Shown here: positions 24,995 through 33,622 of the stretch, piece after piece
Layout of the letters: every line of letters starts with the position of its first letter
How positions within the stretch are numbered: position 1 is the first letter of the stretch
From: SAR202 cluster bacterium bin16
Lineage (GTDB): Bacteria > Chloroflexota > Dehalococcoidia > Lucifugimonadales > Australimonadaceae
Length of the DNA stretch: 64,000 nt
Direction of reading: 5' to 3'
Assembly (NCBI GenBank): GCA_002238425.1
Contig: MPMJ01000002.1
Span: 17,790 to 81,789, forward strand
Program-made: the position numbers and the translations under genes
The notes under the pieces: model-generated
Database searches by the model: none
What the model saw: only the letters and a program-made list of their open reading frames with translations
Told to the model about the DNA's origin: nothing

Positions 24995-26107
24995 ATGCTG
25001 TTGATAGACAACGCGACCGTGGAGCGGCTGCTGCCGATGGACGAGTGCATTGACGCGCAGGACTACGCGTTCCGTGGACTGCCGACGGGCGAGTCCGTCC
25101 ACCGACCGCGCATCGACCTGTACATGCCGGCGGAGCGCCCGGACGGCTACTACCGCTGGGGCACAATGGAGGGCGCGAGCGACGCGCTGGGCGTGTTCGC
25201 CATCAGGATGAAGTCGGACATCCTCTACTGGCCGCGCGACGAGCATGGCTACTGGAAGGAAGAGAAGTACTGCATGGAGCCGGGCACGTACTGCGGGCTC
25301 ATCATGCTGTTCAGCACGCGCGACGGCGAGCCGCTGGCGATGATCAACGACGGCATCCTGCAGCACATGCGCGTGGGCGGCGGCGCGGGGCTCGGCGTGC
25401 GGTACCTGTCGCGCCCGGACTCGTGGACCGTGGGAATGCTCGGCTCCGGGGGCATGGCGCGGACATACCTTGAGGCGTTCGCGGCAGTGCGGGACATCCG
25501 CAGCGTGAAGGTGTTCAGCCCGACGAAGGCGAACCGCGAGCGTTACGCGGAGGAGATGTCGGCGAAGCTGGAGATCGAGGTGCTCGCGGTCGACACACCG
25601 GAGGCGGCGGTGGAGGACGTGGATATCGTCTCCGCCTGCACGAACGCAATGGAGCCCGCGCTGATGGGAGACTGGCTCTCGCCGGGACAGCACGTGACCG
25701 ACGTGCGCGGCGAGTTGGACGCCCGGGTGTTCGAGCGCGCGGACGTCACCGTCAAGCAGGGCGTAGCGCACTCGCGGCCCACCAACGAGGACGTGCGCAG
25801 CATGGGCGACGGCTACAACCGCGGCGACTACATCGGCGGGACGGACGAACAGAAGGAGCGCCTCCCTGCCCGGCTGCGCGAGGCGCGGGTGAACGCCGGC
25901 GGGACCGACGAGACGCCGACGTTCAACGACCTCGCGAGCGGCAGGGTGAACCGGACGTCGCGGGACCAGATCACGCTCTACCTGAACTCCGGCAACCAGG
26001 GGCTGCAGTTCGCGGCGGTCAGCGACGTCGTCTACCGCAAGGCGAAGGAACAGGGCCTCGGGCGCGAACTGCCGACGGAGTGGTTCCTGCAGGACATCCG
26101 GGACTAG
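24995..26107 (+). CDS. ornithine cyclodeaminase/mu-crystallin family protein
   Basis: AAGGAG lies upstream of ATG 24995. VGMLGSGGMARTYLEAF NAD motif and overall OCD-like layout. Confidence 0.75.
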   Translation: MLLIDNATVERLLPMDECIDAQDYAFRGLPTGESVHRPRIDLYMPAERPDGYYRWGTMEGASDALGVFAIRMKSDILYWPRDEHGYWKEEKYCMEPGTYCGLIMLFSTRDGEPLAMINDGILQHMRVGGGAGLGVRYLSRPDSWTVGMLGSGGMARTYLEAFAAVRDIRSVKVFSPTKANRERYAEEMSAKLEIEVLAVDTPEAAVEDVDIVSACTNAMEPALMGDWLSPGQHVTDVRGELDARVFERADVTVKQGVAHSRPTNEDVRSMGDGYNRGDYIGGTDEQKERLPARLREARVNAGGTDETPTFNDLASGRVNRTSRDQITLYLNSGNQGLQFAAVSDVVYRKAKEQGLGRELPTEWFLQDIRD

Positions 26108-26657
26108 CAGAGCGCCACCTTCAACCGGTCGTTTCAATCGGGTGCTCCCAGGAGTGCGCGCTGGTGCGATTCGCCCAATTGGACAGTTGATTGACCAGGC
26201 CACGGCCTGGTTCCGGGTTCTTCTGTTCAACTGGCGCGGACTCGGAGCGTGTGTAACGGTCCGGCCACTGCTGCCATCGGCTTCCCTGGGTGTAACGCTC
26301 CGCTGTCCTTGATGTCGTTCTTGATGTCGAATCCTACGAGTAGATCCCAGGATTTCGACATCTGCAGTATCTAGAAGAACAAGGCCGTGGCCTGCTTCCC
26401 ACATCAAGGCGTCAAGATGCGGGCATAGAAGCGTGTATGCGCCATCGCGCGGGGTGGCCGGAGGCATCAGCCGGACCGCATGCCGGGTATCGCGGTCGGT
26501 GGTCTGGGTACGGCGGGTAGTCATCCAACCAGCGTAGCGAATGCAGGGACGGCGGCGTAAGAGGCAGGTGTCAGGAGAATGTGACACGCGGCCCTATCCC
26601 TATACGTTGTGGGCGCAGTACGATAACCGCAGAACAGGACGGAGGCAGGGCAATCTC

Positions 26658-27014
26658 ATGGGGACATTCAGCGTGGAGATAGGCATCGGGAGCCGTGACC
26701 ACGACGAGTGGGTGGCGCTCGACGCGCTCGTGGACACCGGCGCATTCGTCACGTCGGCTCCGGCCTCGCTGCTGCGCGGGCTTGGCGTCGAACCAATCCG
26801 AACGCAGGAGTTCGAACTTGCGGATGGCGAGATGCGGGAGATGGAGGTTGGAGAGGCGCGGGTGCGTGTGGGCGACCGCGAGGTCACGACGCTAGTGCTG
26901 TTCAATGACGAAGGGTCGATGCCGTTGCTGGGCGCGCTGACACTCGAAGGTGTCTTCATGGGCGTGGACCCGGTGCACAAGCGGCTGGTGCCCATCCGTA
27001 CGGTGATGGCGTGA
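26658..27014 (+). CDS. retropepsin-like (clan AA) aspartic protease family protein
   Basis: ALVDTGAFVTS contains the catalytic DTGA motif. The size (118 aa) fits single-lobe bacterial retropepsin-like proteins. Confidence 0.65.
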   Translation: MGTFSVEIGIGSRDHDEWVALDALVDTGAFVTSAPASLLRGLGVEPIRTQEFELADGEMREMEVGEARVRVGDREVTTLVLFNDEGSMPLLGALTLEGVFMGVDPVHKRLVPIRTVMA

Positions 27015-27034
27015 GGGTGCTGTATCAGTAAGGT

Positions 27035-27070
27035 GAAGAGGGCGGCCACTGGCCGCCCTCTTCTTGTGTT
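27035..27070. terminator. bidirectional intrinsic terminator between convergent genes
   Basis: 13-bp perfect stem GAAGAGGGCGGCC / GGCCGCCCTCTTC with a 3-nt loop, followed by TTGTGTT. Confidence 0.65.
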
Positions 27071-27082
27071 GCCTGTGTCAGG

Positions 27083-28321
27083 CTAGAAGCCGCCGACGTC
27101 GGCGGCGCCGGGGGGTGGGCTGTAGTCGGTGTAGGCCCACTCCGGCATGGTGCTCTCCAGACCCTCGAGGCCGATCATGCGCTCGAACTCGGCGCGGATG
27201 GCGGGGTCCTGGTCCGGGTAGGCGATGGCGTTGCCGCCGTCACGGGTGTCCTGCGCGCCGCCGTCGCGGGCGTCGGAGCCGGGAGCAGCGCCGCTGCGCA
27301 TCCCCGGGCCGTAGGGGCCGTCGAAGATGAGGAAGCGGATGCCGTTGGGCGAGGTGCCGAAGTGCTGGTGGAACCAGTCGCCGGTCATGGGCGCGGCGCT
27401 GATCATGCCGACGGGCTCGTAGTCCTGCCGCCTGACCTCGTCGCCGGTGCCGGACTCGAAAGGCTTTTCACCGAGCCGTGACGGCCAGGTGACGCTGTAG
27501 CCCTTGCCCCGGATGCAGACGAGGATTGCGCCGGACGAATGCTTGTGCGCCTTGGAGTACTGGCCGGTCTCGTATTGGCCGATCTTCATGTAGAAGTTCG
27601 CGCCGGCCATGTGCGGCTCCACGCGGCGGTAGCTGAAGGAGCGGCGGTTGTCGCGCGGCAGGTGGCAGTTGATGATGTCCGGGATGACGTTGGTGCGGCG
27701 CATCGCGAGGCCGCGGACGGGGTCGGCGAAGATGTCGTCGACGGGTTTGAAGTAGTCGTCCTCGGCGTCGAAGAGGTTGGTGAACTCGTAGGAGTTGTTG
27801 AGGACGAACTCGGGGTCGCGCACGAGGTTGACGATGTTCGGCGCGGTGGTGGCGGCGAGGAGGAGCGCCGGGCTGGAGGTGGCGTTGACGAGGCGGTGCA
27901 TGGCGTTCATCGGTATGCCGAAGAGCGAACCCGCGCTCCACTCGAAGACCTGCTTCTTGTTGGGGTTGCTCTCCTGCCAGACCTCGGTGGAGCCCCTGCC
28001 CTCCGCGACGTAGTAGATCTCCTCGTACATGTGCTTCTCGGGGTTGAGGGCGCCCGCGCCGGGGACCTCGACGACGTACATGCCCCAGAGGTGCTCGGTG
28101 CCGAGCAGCTGGATGGCGACGCCGTTGCCGCCGAGGCGCTTCCACGGCTTGAGCGGCAGGTCCTGTATGCGGCGGACGCCGATGTCGCGGTGGATCTCGA
28201 TGCCCTGGGACTCGATGAAGAGGTCGTAGGCGGACTTCGGCGTCTTCCAGAAGCCGAACCCGGCCTTGTTCATGCCTTCCGGTTCTTGCCAATCAGCGAG
28301 ACCTGCGGTTCTCGTTACCAT
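27083..28321 (-). CDS. bicupin protein, paralog 2 of 3
   Basis: GGAGG lies 7 nt upstream of ATG 28321. AHKHSSGAILVCIRGKGY..WFHQHF His cluster. Paralog of 19334-20596. Confidence 0.7.
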   Translation of the reverse strand: MVTRTAGLADWQEPEGMNKAGFGFWKTPKSAYDLFIESQGIEIHRDIGVRRIQDLPLKPWKRLGGNGVAIQLLGTEHLWGMYVVEVPGAGALNPEKHMYEEIYYVAEGRGSTEVWQESNPNKKQVFEWSAGSLFGIPMNAMHRLVNATSSPALLLAATTAPNIVNLVRDPEFVLNNSYEFTNLFDAEDDYFKPVDDIFADPVRGLAMRRTNVIPDIINCHLPRDNRRSFSYRRVEPHMAGANFYMKIGQYETGQYSKAHKHSSGAILVCIRGKGYSVTWPSRLGEKPFESGTGDEVRRQDYEPVGMISAAPMTGDWFHQHFGTSPNGIRFLIFDGPYGPGMRSGAAPGSDARDGGAQDTRDGGNAIAYPDQDPAIRAEFERMIGLEGLESTMPEWAYTDYSPPPGAADVGGF

Positions 28322-28440
28322 TCGTAAGCCTCCGTGGACGTGCGCGCGGCTGCGCAGGATGCGCCCTATTATGCGCGAGGACGCCTGCGGCGTCCACGCG
28401 GGGGCGCTGAGGCTCTGCGTCTGCCTGTGTCGAGGGCTGC

Positions 28441-28468
28441 GAGATTCCCGCCTTCGCGGGAATGACGG
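28441..28468 (+). repeat. REP-like family B, copy 3
   Basis: ATTCCCGC 28444-28451 pairs with GCGGGAAT 28456-28463, followed by GACGG. Confidence 0.7.
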
Positions 28469-28525
28469 AGGCAGACTCATTCAGACTACCCCTAGACACG
28501 TCCTGCCCCGACTCCCCGCCGAGGG

Positions 28526-28557
28526 CCCTCACCCTAGCCCTCTCCCTCAGGAGAGGG
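28526..28557 (+). repeat. REP-like family A, copy 3
   Basis: CCCTCACCCTAG, then CCCTCTCC 28538-28545 pairing with GGAGAGGG 28550-28557. Confidence 0.7.
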
Positions 28558-28627
28558 AATCATGCCCAACGAGAGGGGCGTGATTTGCCGCCCACGCACC
28601 GCCGCCGTACAATCCGCGCGACGATTC

Positions 28628-28677
28628 ACCCTCACCGCGCGCTGAAGCGCGTTGCCCTCTCCAATCGAGGGAGAGGG
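28628..28677 (+). repeat. REP-like family A, copy 4 (with an extra CGCGC/GCGCG hairpin)
   Basis: CCCTCTCC 28655-28662 pairs within GGGAGAGGG 28669-28677. The element ends 8 nt before the AGGAGG RBS of the amidohydrolase gene. Confidence 0.7.
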
Positions 28678-28697
28678 AAGCAGAGCAGGAGGCAGGA

Positions 28698-29817
28698 ATG
28701 GCTACGGCAAACCTGGAACGCATCATCGACGGCGACGGCCACATCATGGAGGACATCGCCGGCATCGTTTCGTACATGCCGGACGAGTTCAAGGGCAAGA
28801 GTTTCGGCGAGGCGCGATCGGAGCGGAACCCGTTCCCGCCCATCGACCACCTCCATTCCGCGAACCGGCACATCACGCCTCCGGGCGCGTTCGCGAACGT
28901 CGGGCCGGACGGCTGGATGGAGTTCCTGGACGAGGTCGGCGTGGACTCGACGGTGCTCTACACCACGAGCGGCCTCGGCTTCGGGAAGATCGTCAGCCGC
29001 GACTGGGCCGTCATGCTCGCGCAGGCGTACAACAACTGGGTGTACGACACCTACCTCAAGCGCGGCGACCGCTTCCAGGCGATGGGCCTGCTGCCCCTGC
29101 AGGAGCCGGACGCAGCAGTCGAGGAGCTGCGGCGCATCGTGCAGGACCTCGGTTTCGTCGGCGCGATGCTGCCGTCCACCGGCGCGCAGCAGCCGCACCT
29201 GGGCGACAGCAAGTTCTGGCCCCTCTACGCGGAGGCGGAGCGGCTCGGCTGCGCTCTCGGCATCCACGGCGGTGCGCACGAGGGCTTCCTGATGGACGAC
29301 ATGAGCCCGTACGCGCCCATCAACGCGCTCGGCCACCCGATGGGGCAGATGGTGGCATTCGCCGGCATCATCTTCAACGGCGTGTTCGACAAGTACCCGG
29401 GCGTCCGCATCGGCTTCCTGGAGGCGGGCGCGGCGTGGCTGCTCACCTGCATGGAGCGCTTCAACGGCTCCTGGGCGTCGCACGTCCAGTACGACCCTCG
29501 TGGCCGCTTCCTGCAGATACGTGAGGGCGAGCGCGTCTCCGACTACATCTGCCGCCACATCGACGAGGACCGCATCTTCGTCGGCGTCGAGGGCGACGAG
29601 CTCGCGCTGCCGGAGGCGTTGCGGCTGACCGGGGGCGGGCCCCCTCCCCGCCAACAAGCCGTACCTGTTCTCGTCCGACTACCCGCACGAGGTCGACGCG
29701 AATACCTGCAAGGCAGAGCTGGACGAACTGCGTGAGAACGCGGACATGTCTGCGGACGACAAAGAAGCGGTGATGTACCGCAACGCGGCCCGCTTCTACC
29801 GGCTGGGAGCAAACTAG
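28698..29817 (+). pseudogene. amidohydrolase_2 family protein; +1 frame break caused by a 19-nt G/C-degraded insertion, probably an artifact
   Basis: Collinear with the paralog at 29853-30944 up to ..ALRLTG. After 29652 the homologous tail NKPYLFSSDYPHEVDANTCKAELDELREN..RFYRLGAN continues in the +1 frame to TAG 29815-29817. Confidence 0.8.
29634..29652. other. 19-nt insertion made of a G-degraded copy of the downstream 6 nt plus a C-degraded copy of the upstream 13 nt
   Basis: ggcggg versus aacaag: all 4 mismatches are ->G. cccccTccccGcc versus gcggcTgaccGgg: all 7 mismatches are ->C. Confidence 0.7.
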
Positions 29818-29852
29818 GCACGGAACAGGCAGACGCCAAGGAGATAAGAGCC

Positions 29853-30944
29853 ATGGTCACTGAAAATATCGAGCGCATCGTTGACGGCGACGGCCACCTG
29901 GTGGAGGACCACGACGCCATCTGGGCGCGCATGCCCGAGGACTATCGCGACCGCAGCTTCGTGACGACGCGCGGGCCCTTCCCGCCCAACGACCACCTGC
30001 ACGCGGCCAACCGGCACTTCCTGCCGGAAGGCGCATTCGCGCGGGTCGGACGCGAGGGATGGATCGACTTCCTGAACGACGTGGGCGTCGACAAGACGGT
30101 GCTCTACACGTCCAACGGCCTCGCTTTCGGGCGCGTCGTCAGCCGTGACTGGGCCATCGAGCTCGCGCGGGCGTACAACAACTGGGTGTACGACGAGTAC
30201 GTGAGCAAAGACCCGCGCTTCCAGGCGATGGGCCTCATCCCCTTGCAGGAGCCCGCGGAGGCCGCCGTCGAGCTGCGGCGCATCGTGAAGGAACTCGGCT
30301 TCTCCGGTGCGATGCTCCCCGGCACCGGCGCGCTCCAGCTGCAGAACCACCTGGGCGACCCGAAGTACTGGCCGATCTACGAGGAGGCGGACCGTCTCGG
30401 CTGTGCCATCGGCATCCACGGCGGCGTGCACGACCACATGGGACTGGACGACATGAGCCCCTATGCTCCCGTGAACGCGCTCGGCCACCCGTTCGGCCAG
30501 ATGGTCAACTTCGCCGGCATCGTGTTCAACGGCGTGCTGGACCGCTACCCGAACGCGAAGTACGGCTTCCTGGAGGCGGGCTGTGCGTGGTTCGTGGGCT
30601 GCTTGGAGCGCTTCCAGCGCTCGTGGGACAGCCACATCCAGTACGACCCGAACCAACGCTTCATGCAACTGAAGGACGGCGAGTCTGTCACGGACTACAT
30701 CCTGAGGCACGTCGACGAGGGCCGCGTGTACGTGGGCGTTGAGGGCGGCGAACTGACGCTCCCCTTCGCGGTGAAGGTGGCCGGCAACAAGGCGTTCATC
30801 TTCTCGTCCGACTTTCCGCACGAGGTCAACCACGAGACGTGCAAGGAGGAGATCGCCGAGATCCGTGAGAACCCGGCGCTGACCGACGCGGACAAGGCGG
30901 CCATCCTGCACGGCAACGCGGAGCGCTTCTACGGACTCAACTAG
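29853..30944 (+). CDS. amidohydrolase_2 family protein
   Basis: IVDGDGHLVE, GIHGG, FLEAG and FSSDFPHE metal-site motifs. Close paralog of 28698-29817. Confidence 0.85.
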   Translation: MVTENIERIVDGDGHLVEDHDAIWARMPEDYRDRSFVTTRGPFPPNDHLHAANRHFLPEGAFARVGREGWIDFLNDVGVDKTVLYTSNGLAFGRVVSRDWAIELARAYNNWVYDEYVSKDPRFQAMGLIPLQEPAEAAVELRRIVKELGFSGAMLPGTGALQLQNHLGDPKYWPIYEEADRLGCAIGIHGGVHDHMGLDDMSPYAPVNALGHPFGQMVNFAGIVFNGVLDRYPNAKYGFLEAGCAWFVGCLERFQRSWDSHIQYDPNQRFMQLKDGESVTDYILRHVDEGRVYVGVEGGELTLPFAVKVAGNKAFIFSSDFPHEVNHETCKEEIAEIRENPALTDADKAAILHGNAERFYGLN

Positions 30945-30962
30945 ACACTCAGGAGGGGCGCT

Positions 30963-32024
30963 ATGGCCGATGCTGCAGCCGTTCAAACGGGTGTAACCAA
31001 CCTGATCAGGCATTGCGTCGCCGTCGAACCCGGCGAGGCCGTGCTGCTGCTGAACGAGCGCGGCGCGCTCGACGCCGATCTCGCCGTGCTGCTGGAGCAG
31101 GCCATCGCTGATGCCGGAGGCGCGCCCTACTCGCTCTGGGTGGACTCGCTGGGCCGTGCCGAGGAGCTGCCCGCCCCGGTCGCTGGGGCAGTGCTGGGCG
31201 CTGACAAGCTGCTGCTGAACTGCAACCTGAACCGCGCCGTGCTGCTCGACCACCTGCGGGCGAACGACGCTGCGGGGCTGGTGCGCATCAACAACCGCAT
31301 CCGCGCTCCGGAGGGCATGACCACGCCCCACGCTCATTTCGACTGGCGTCTCGTGATGGCGCTGGCGCACCGCATCGAGGAGCGCACGGCGCAGGCTTCG
31401 ACGTACCGGGTCACGAGCCCGCGGGGGACTGAGGTGACCGGACGTGTTGCCTCGGGGAGCGAGGTCGCAGACGCCTTCTTCGTGCAGGACGCGGAGATGA
31501 GCCGCTCCGAGCGCGTATTCCCGGGCGAGGTGTACGCGCCCATCGGGAGCGCGAAGGGCAACGGCGTCGTGGCATTCGACCATCCGGGGATGGCGGACCG
31601 CGAGCAGTTCCACAACCCGATGCTGCTGGAGATACGCGACAACACGCTCACGGGCATCGAGTGGCGCGAGGAGCCGTCGCGCGAGAACCAGAAGGACGAC
31701 CCGACCGGCAACACGGTGTGGACGAGCACGCAGCTCCAGCACCTGCTGGACGTGAGCGAGGCGCGCTACGGCACCGAGGCCGCGTATGCGCTCGACTCGT
31801 TCCACGGCGGGTTCCATCCCAAGGCGACCAAGCGTCCCGGACAGCAGAGCAACCAGGACGTGATGCACTTCCACATCGGCAGGACGCCGTCGCCCCTCTC
31901 CGCCTACGTCTCCGACCAGACGATAGAGCTGGACGGTCAGTTGTTCTGGGAGAACGGCCGCTCCACACTGCTGCAGGAGGCCCATATCCGGGAGATGGCG
32001 CAAGAGTACGGAGAGGAGATCTAG
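30963..32024 (+). CDS. M29 aminopeptidase-fold protein (aminopeptidase T / NicX-like)
   Basis: Pattern E.VLLL......D..L...L......GA....V, FPGEVYAPIGSAKGNGVVAFD, LLEIRDNTLTGIEW and HFHIGRTP resembles the M29 fold. Assignment from memory only. Confidence 0.4.
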   Translation: MADAAAVQTGVTNLIRHCVAVEPGEAVLLLNERGALDADLAVLLEQAIADAGGAPYSLWVDSLGRAEELPAPVAGAVLGADKLLLNCNLNRAVLLDHLRANDAAGLVRINNRIRAPEGMTTPHAHFDWRLVMALAHRIEERTAQASTYRVTSPRGTEVTGRVASGSEVADAFFVQDAEMSRSERVFPGEVYAPIGSAKGNGVVAFDHPGMADREQFHNPMLLEIRDNTLTGIEWREEPSRENQKDDPTGNTVWTSTQLQHLLDVSEARYGTEAAYALDSFHGGFHPKATKRPGQQSNQDVMHFHIGRTPSPLSAYVSDQTIELDGQLFWENGRSTLLQEAHIREMAQEYGEEI

Positions 32025-32993
32025 ATGGCGAACGTCCCCCTGAGCATCGCGCTCGAGCATTACGACAGGCACGTGCCGTGGGTGGAAGGGACGGTGCATC
32101 CCAAGGGCATCGACCCCACCGTGCTGATCGTCGGGCAGGACGACATAGGCGGCAGGCGCCACGAGCGCATGCTGCTGCACCGCGAGTTCGACGTCTGCGA
32201 GCTGTCGCTCGGCTCGTACGTCATGGCGAAGGCTCGCGGCGCTCCGCTGACGGCCATCCCCGTTTTCCCGCGGCGGCTGTTCAGCCAGTCCCAGATGTAC
32301 GTGAACACGCAGTCCGGCATCCGTGAGCCGAAGGACCTCATCGGCAAGCGCGTTGCGCTGCGCTCGTTCCAGACGACGCTCTCCGTGCTTGCCAAGGGCG
32401 ACCTCGGCAGCGAGTACGGCGTGCCGCTCGACGGCGTCACGTGGGTGACGACGTCCGACGAGCCGGTGCAGTTCGACCCGCCGCCCGGCGTGACGCTCGA
32501 ACGCATGGACCGGGGCCGCAGGCTGGGCGACGCGCTCGTTGCGGGCGAAGTATCTGCGTTCCTGTCGCCGCGTCCGCCCCAGCCGTACCTGGACGGCGCG
32601 CCGGAGGTGGGCAGGTTGTTCGACGACCCGCGTGCCGAGGAGGTGAGCTACTACCAGCGCAACGGCTTCTACCCCATCATGCACGTGGTGGCGATGAAGT
32701 CCGAGGTCGCGGAGGAGCATCCGTGGGCGCCGGTGAGCATACTGGACGGCTTTGAGCAGGCGAAGCGGCAGTGGTCGCACTTCATGGACGACCCCAACTG
32801 GAGCAGGCTCACGTGGGGCCGCCACTACCTGGAAGAGGAACGCCGCGTGCTCGGGCCCGACCCGTGGCCGACCGGCGTTGCGGCGAACCGCGCCAACCTC
32901 GAACGGTTCATCCGCTACGAGGTCGAGCAAGGCCTCATCCCGGGGCCGCTCGCCGTCGAGGACCTCTTCTTCGAGACGACGCTGGAGACGTAA
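32025..32993 (+). CDS. cytoplasmic PBP type-2 fold protein resembling 4,5-dihydroxyphthalate decarboxylase-type enzymes
   Basis: No signal peptide. LSIALEHYDRHVPWVEGTV, REFDVCELSLGSY, AIPVFPRR.F, DLIGKRVAL and FYPIMHVVAM fit that family as I recall it. The ATG abuts the previous stop. Confidence 0.45.
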   Translation: MANVPLSIALEHYDRHVPWVEGTVHPKGIDPTVLIVGQDDIGGRRHERMLLHREFDVCELSLGSYVMAKARGAPLTAIPVFPRRLFSQSQMYVNTQSGIREPKDLIGKRVALRSFQTTLSVLAKGDLGSEYGVPLDGVTWVTTSDEPVQFDPPPGVTLERMDRGRRLGDALVAGEVSAFLSPRPPQPYLDGAPEVGRLFDDPRAEEVSYYQRNGFYPIMHVVAMKSEVAEEHPWAPVSILDGFEQAKRQWSHFMDDPNWSRLTWGRHYLEEERRVLGPDPWPTGVAANRANLERFIRYEVEQGLIPGPLAVEDLFFETTLET

Positions 32994-33034
32994 ACTACTG
33001 CACCAGAGACAAGATTCCAGAGAGGAGAACGACT

Positions 33035-33622
33035 ATGACACAGACTGCGGTCTACACCGAACAGCAGTTCATCACCGACATCCGCGAGGCGTTCGCGACA
33101 CATCGCGACTCCGTCCAGCAGGCGCACACCATCGCCACGCTGATGCGCCGCGCGTTCGAGAACGGCTGGCCGGAGAACAGCGAGAAGTTCGGGGACGGCA
33201 ACGGCACGTTCGAGATCTACCGGGACACCGAGTACGGCCACCCGGGCCCCGGCTTCGTCGTCCTCGCCTACCGGCAGGGCCCGCAGGAGATCAAGCGCCC
33301 CGCCCCGCACGACCACGGCGTCTGCTGGGTCGCCTACGGCGTCAAGAGCGGCGGCAATACCCAGACGCGCTACGCCTACCGCCACGCGAGCGACGACGCG
33401 GAGATGCCGACGTTCCAGGTGGTCGAGGTCATGGAGCAGGGCTCGGGCGACGTGCACTACATCCTGCCCGGTGAGATCCACAGCGTACAGGGCTCCCCGA
33501 CCGACGAGACGATCTACTGCCGTATCACGAGCATGGACCTGGACACGGTGCAGCGGCACCGCTACGACGTCGAGAGCGGGCGCAGCGCGATATTCTCCTC
33601 CGCCACGACGCCGAACCCGTAA
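33035..33622 (+). CDS. cupin protein (cysteine dioxygenase type I-like)
   Basis: AGAGGAG RBS. PAPHDHGVCWVAYGVKSG and later PGEIHSV give an HxH...H cupin site in a CDO-like context. Confidence 0.5.
   Translation: MTQTAVYTEQQFITDIREAFATHRDSVQQAHTIATLMRRAFENGWPENSEKFGDGNGTFEIYRDTEYGHPGPGFVVLAYRQGPQEIKRPAPHDHGVCWVAYGVKSGGNTQTRYAYRHASDDAEMPTFQVVEVMEQGSGDVHYILPGEIHSVQGSPTDETIYCRITSMDLDTVQRHRYDVESGRSAIFSSATTPNP

Noticed and set aside
26108-26300. Possible cobalamin riboswitch suggested by a GCCACTG motif near 26268, with B12 enzymes in the window
   Set aside because: The other conserved riboswitch elements (GGGAA, GGTG.AA.TCC, B12 box) are absent, and no B12-related gene lies downstream.
23492-26587. 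1031-aa ORF on the minus strand
   Set aside because: It runs antisense across two well-supported plus-strand genes (Gfo/Idh/MocA and OCD) and an intergenic repeat. It is a stop-poor antisense frame. Only its extreme 5' portion (26108-26524) was considered further, as a possible gene remnant.
29814-32930. 1038-aa ORF on the minus strand
   Set aside because: It is antisense to three tightly packed plus-strand genes with clear family motifs and RBSs. The translation is R/A/V/H-rich and has no motif.
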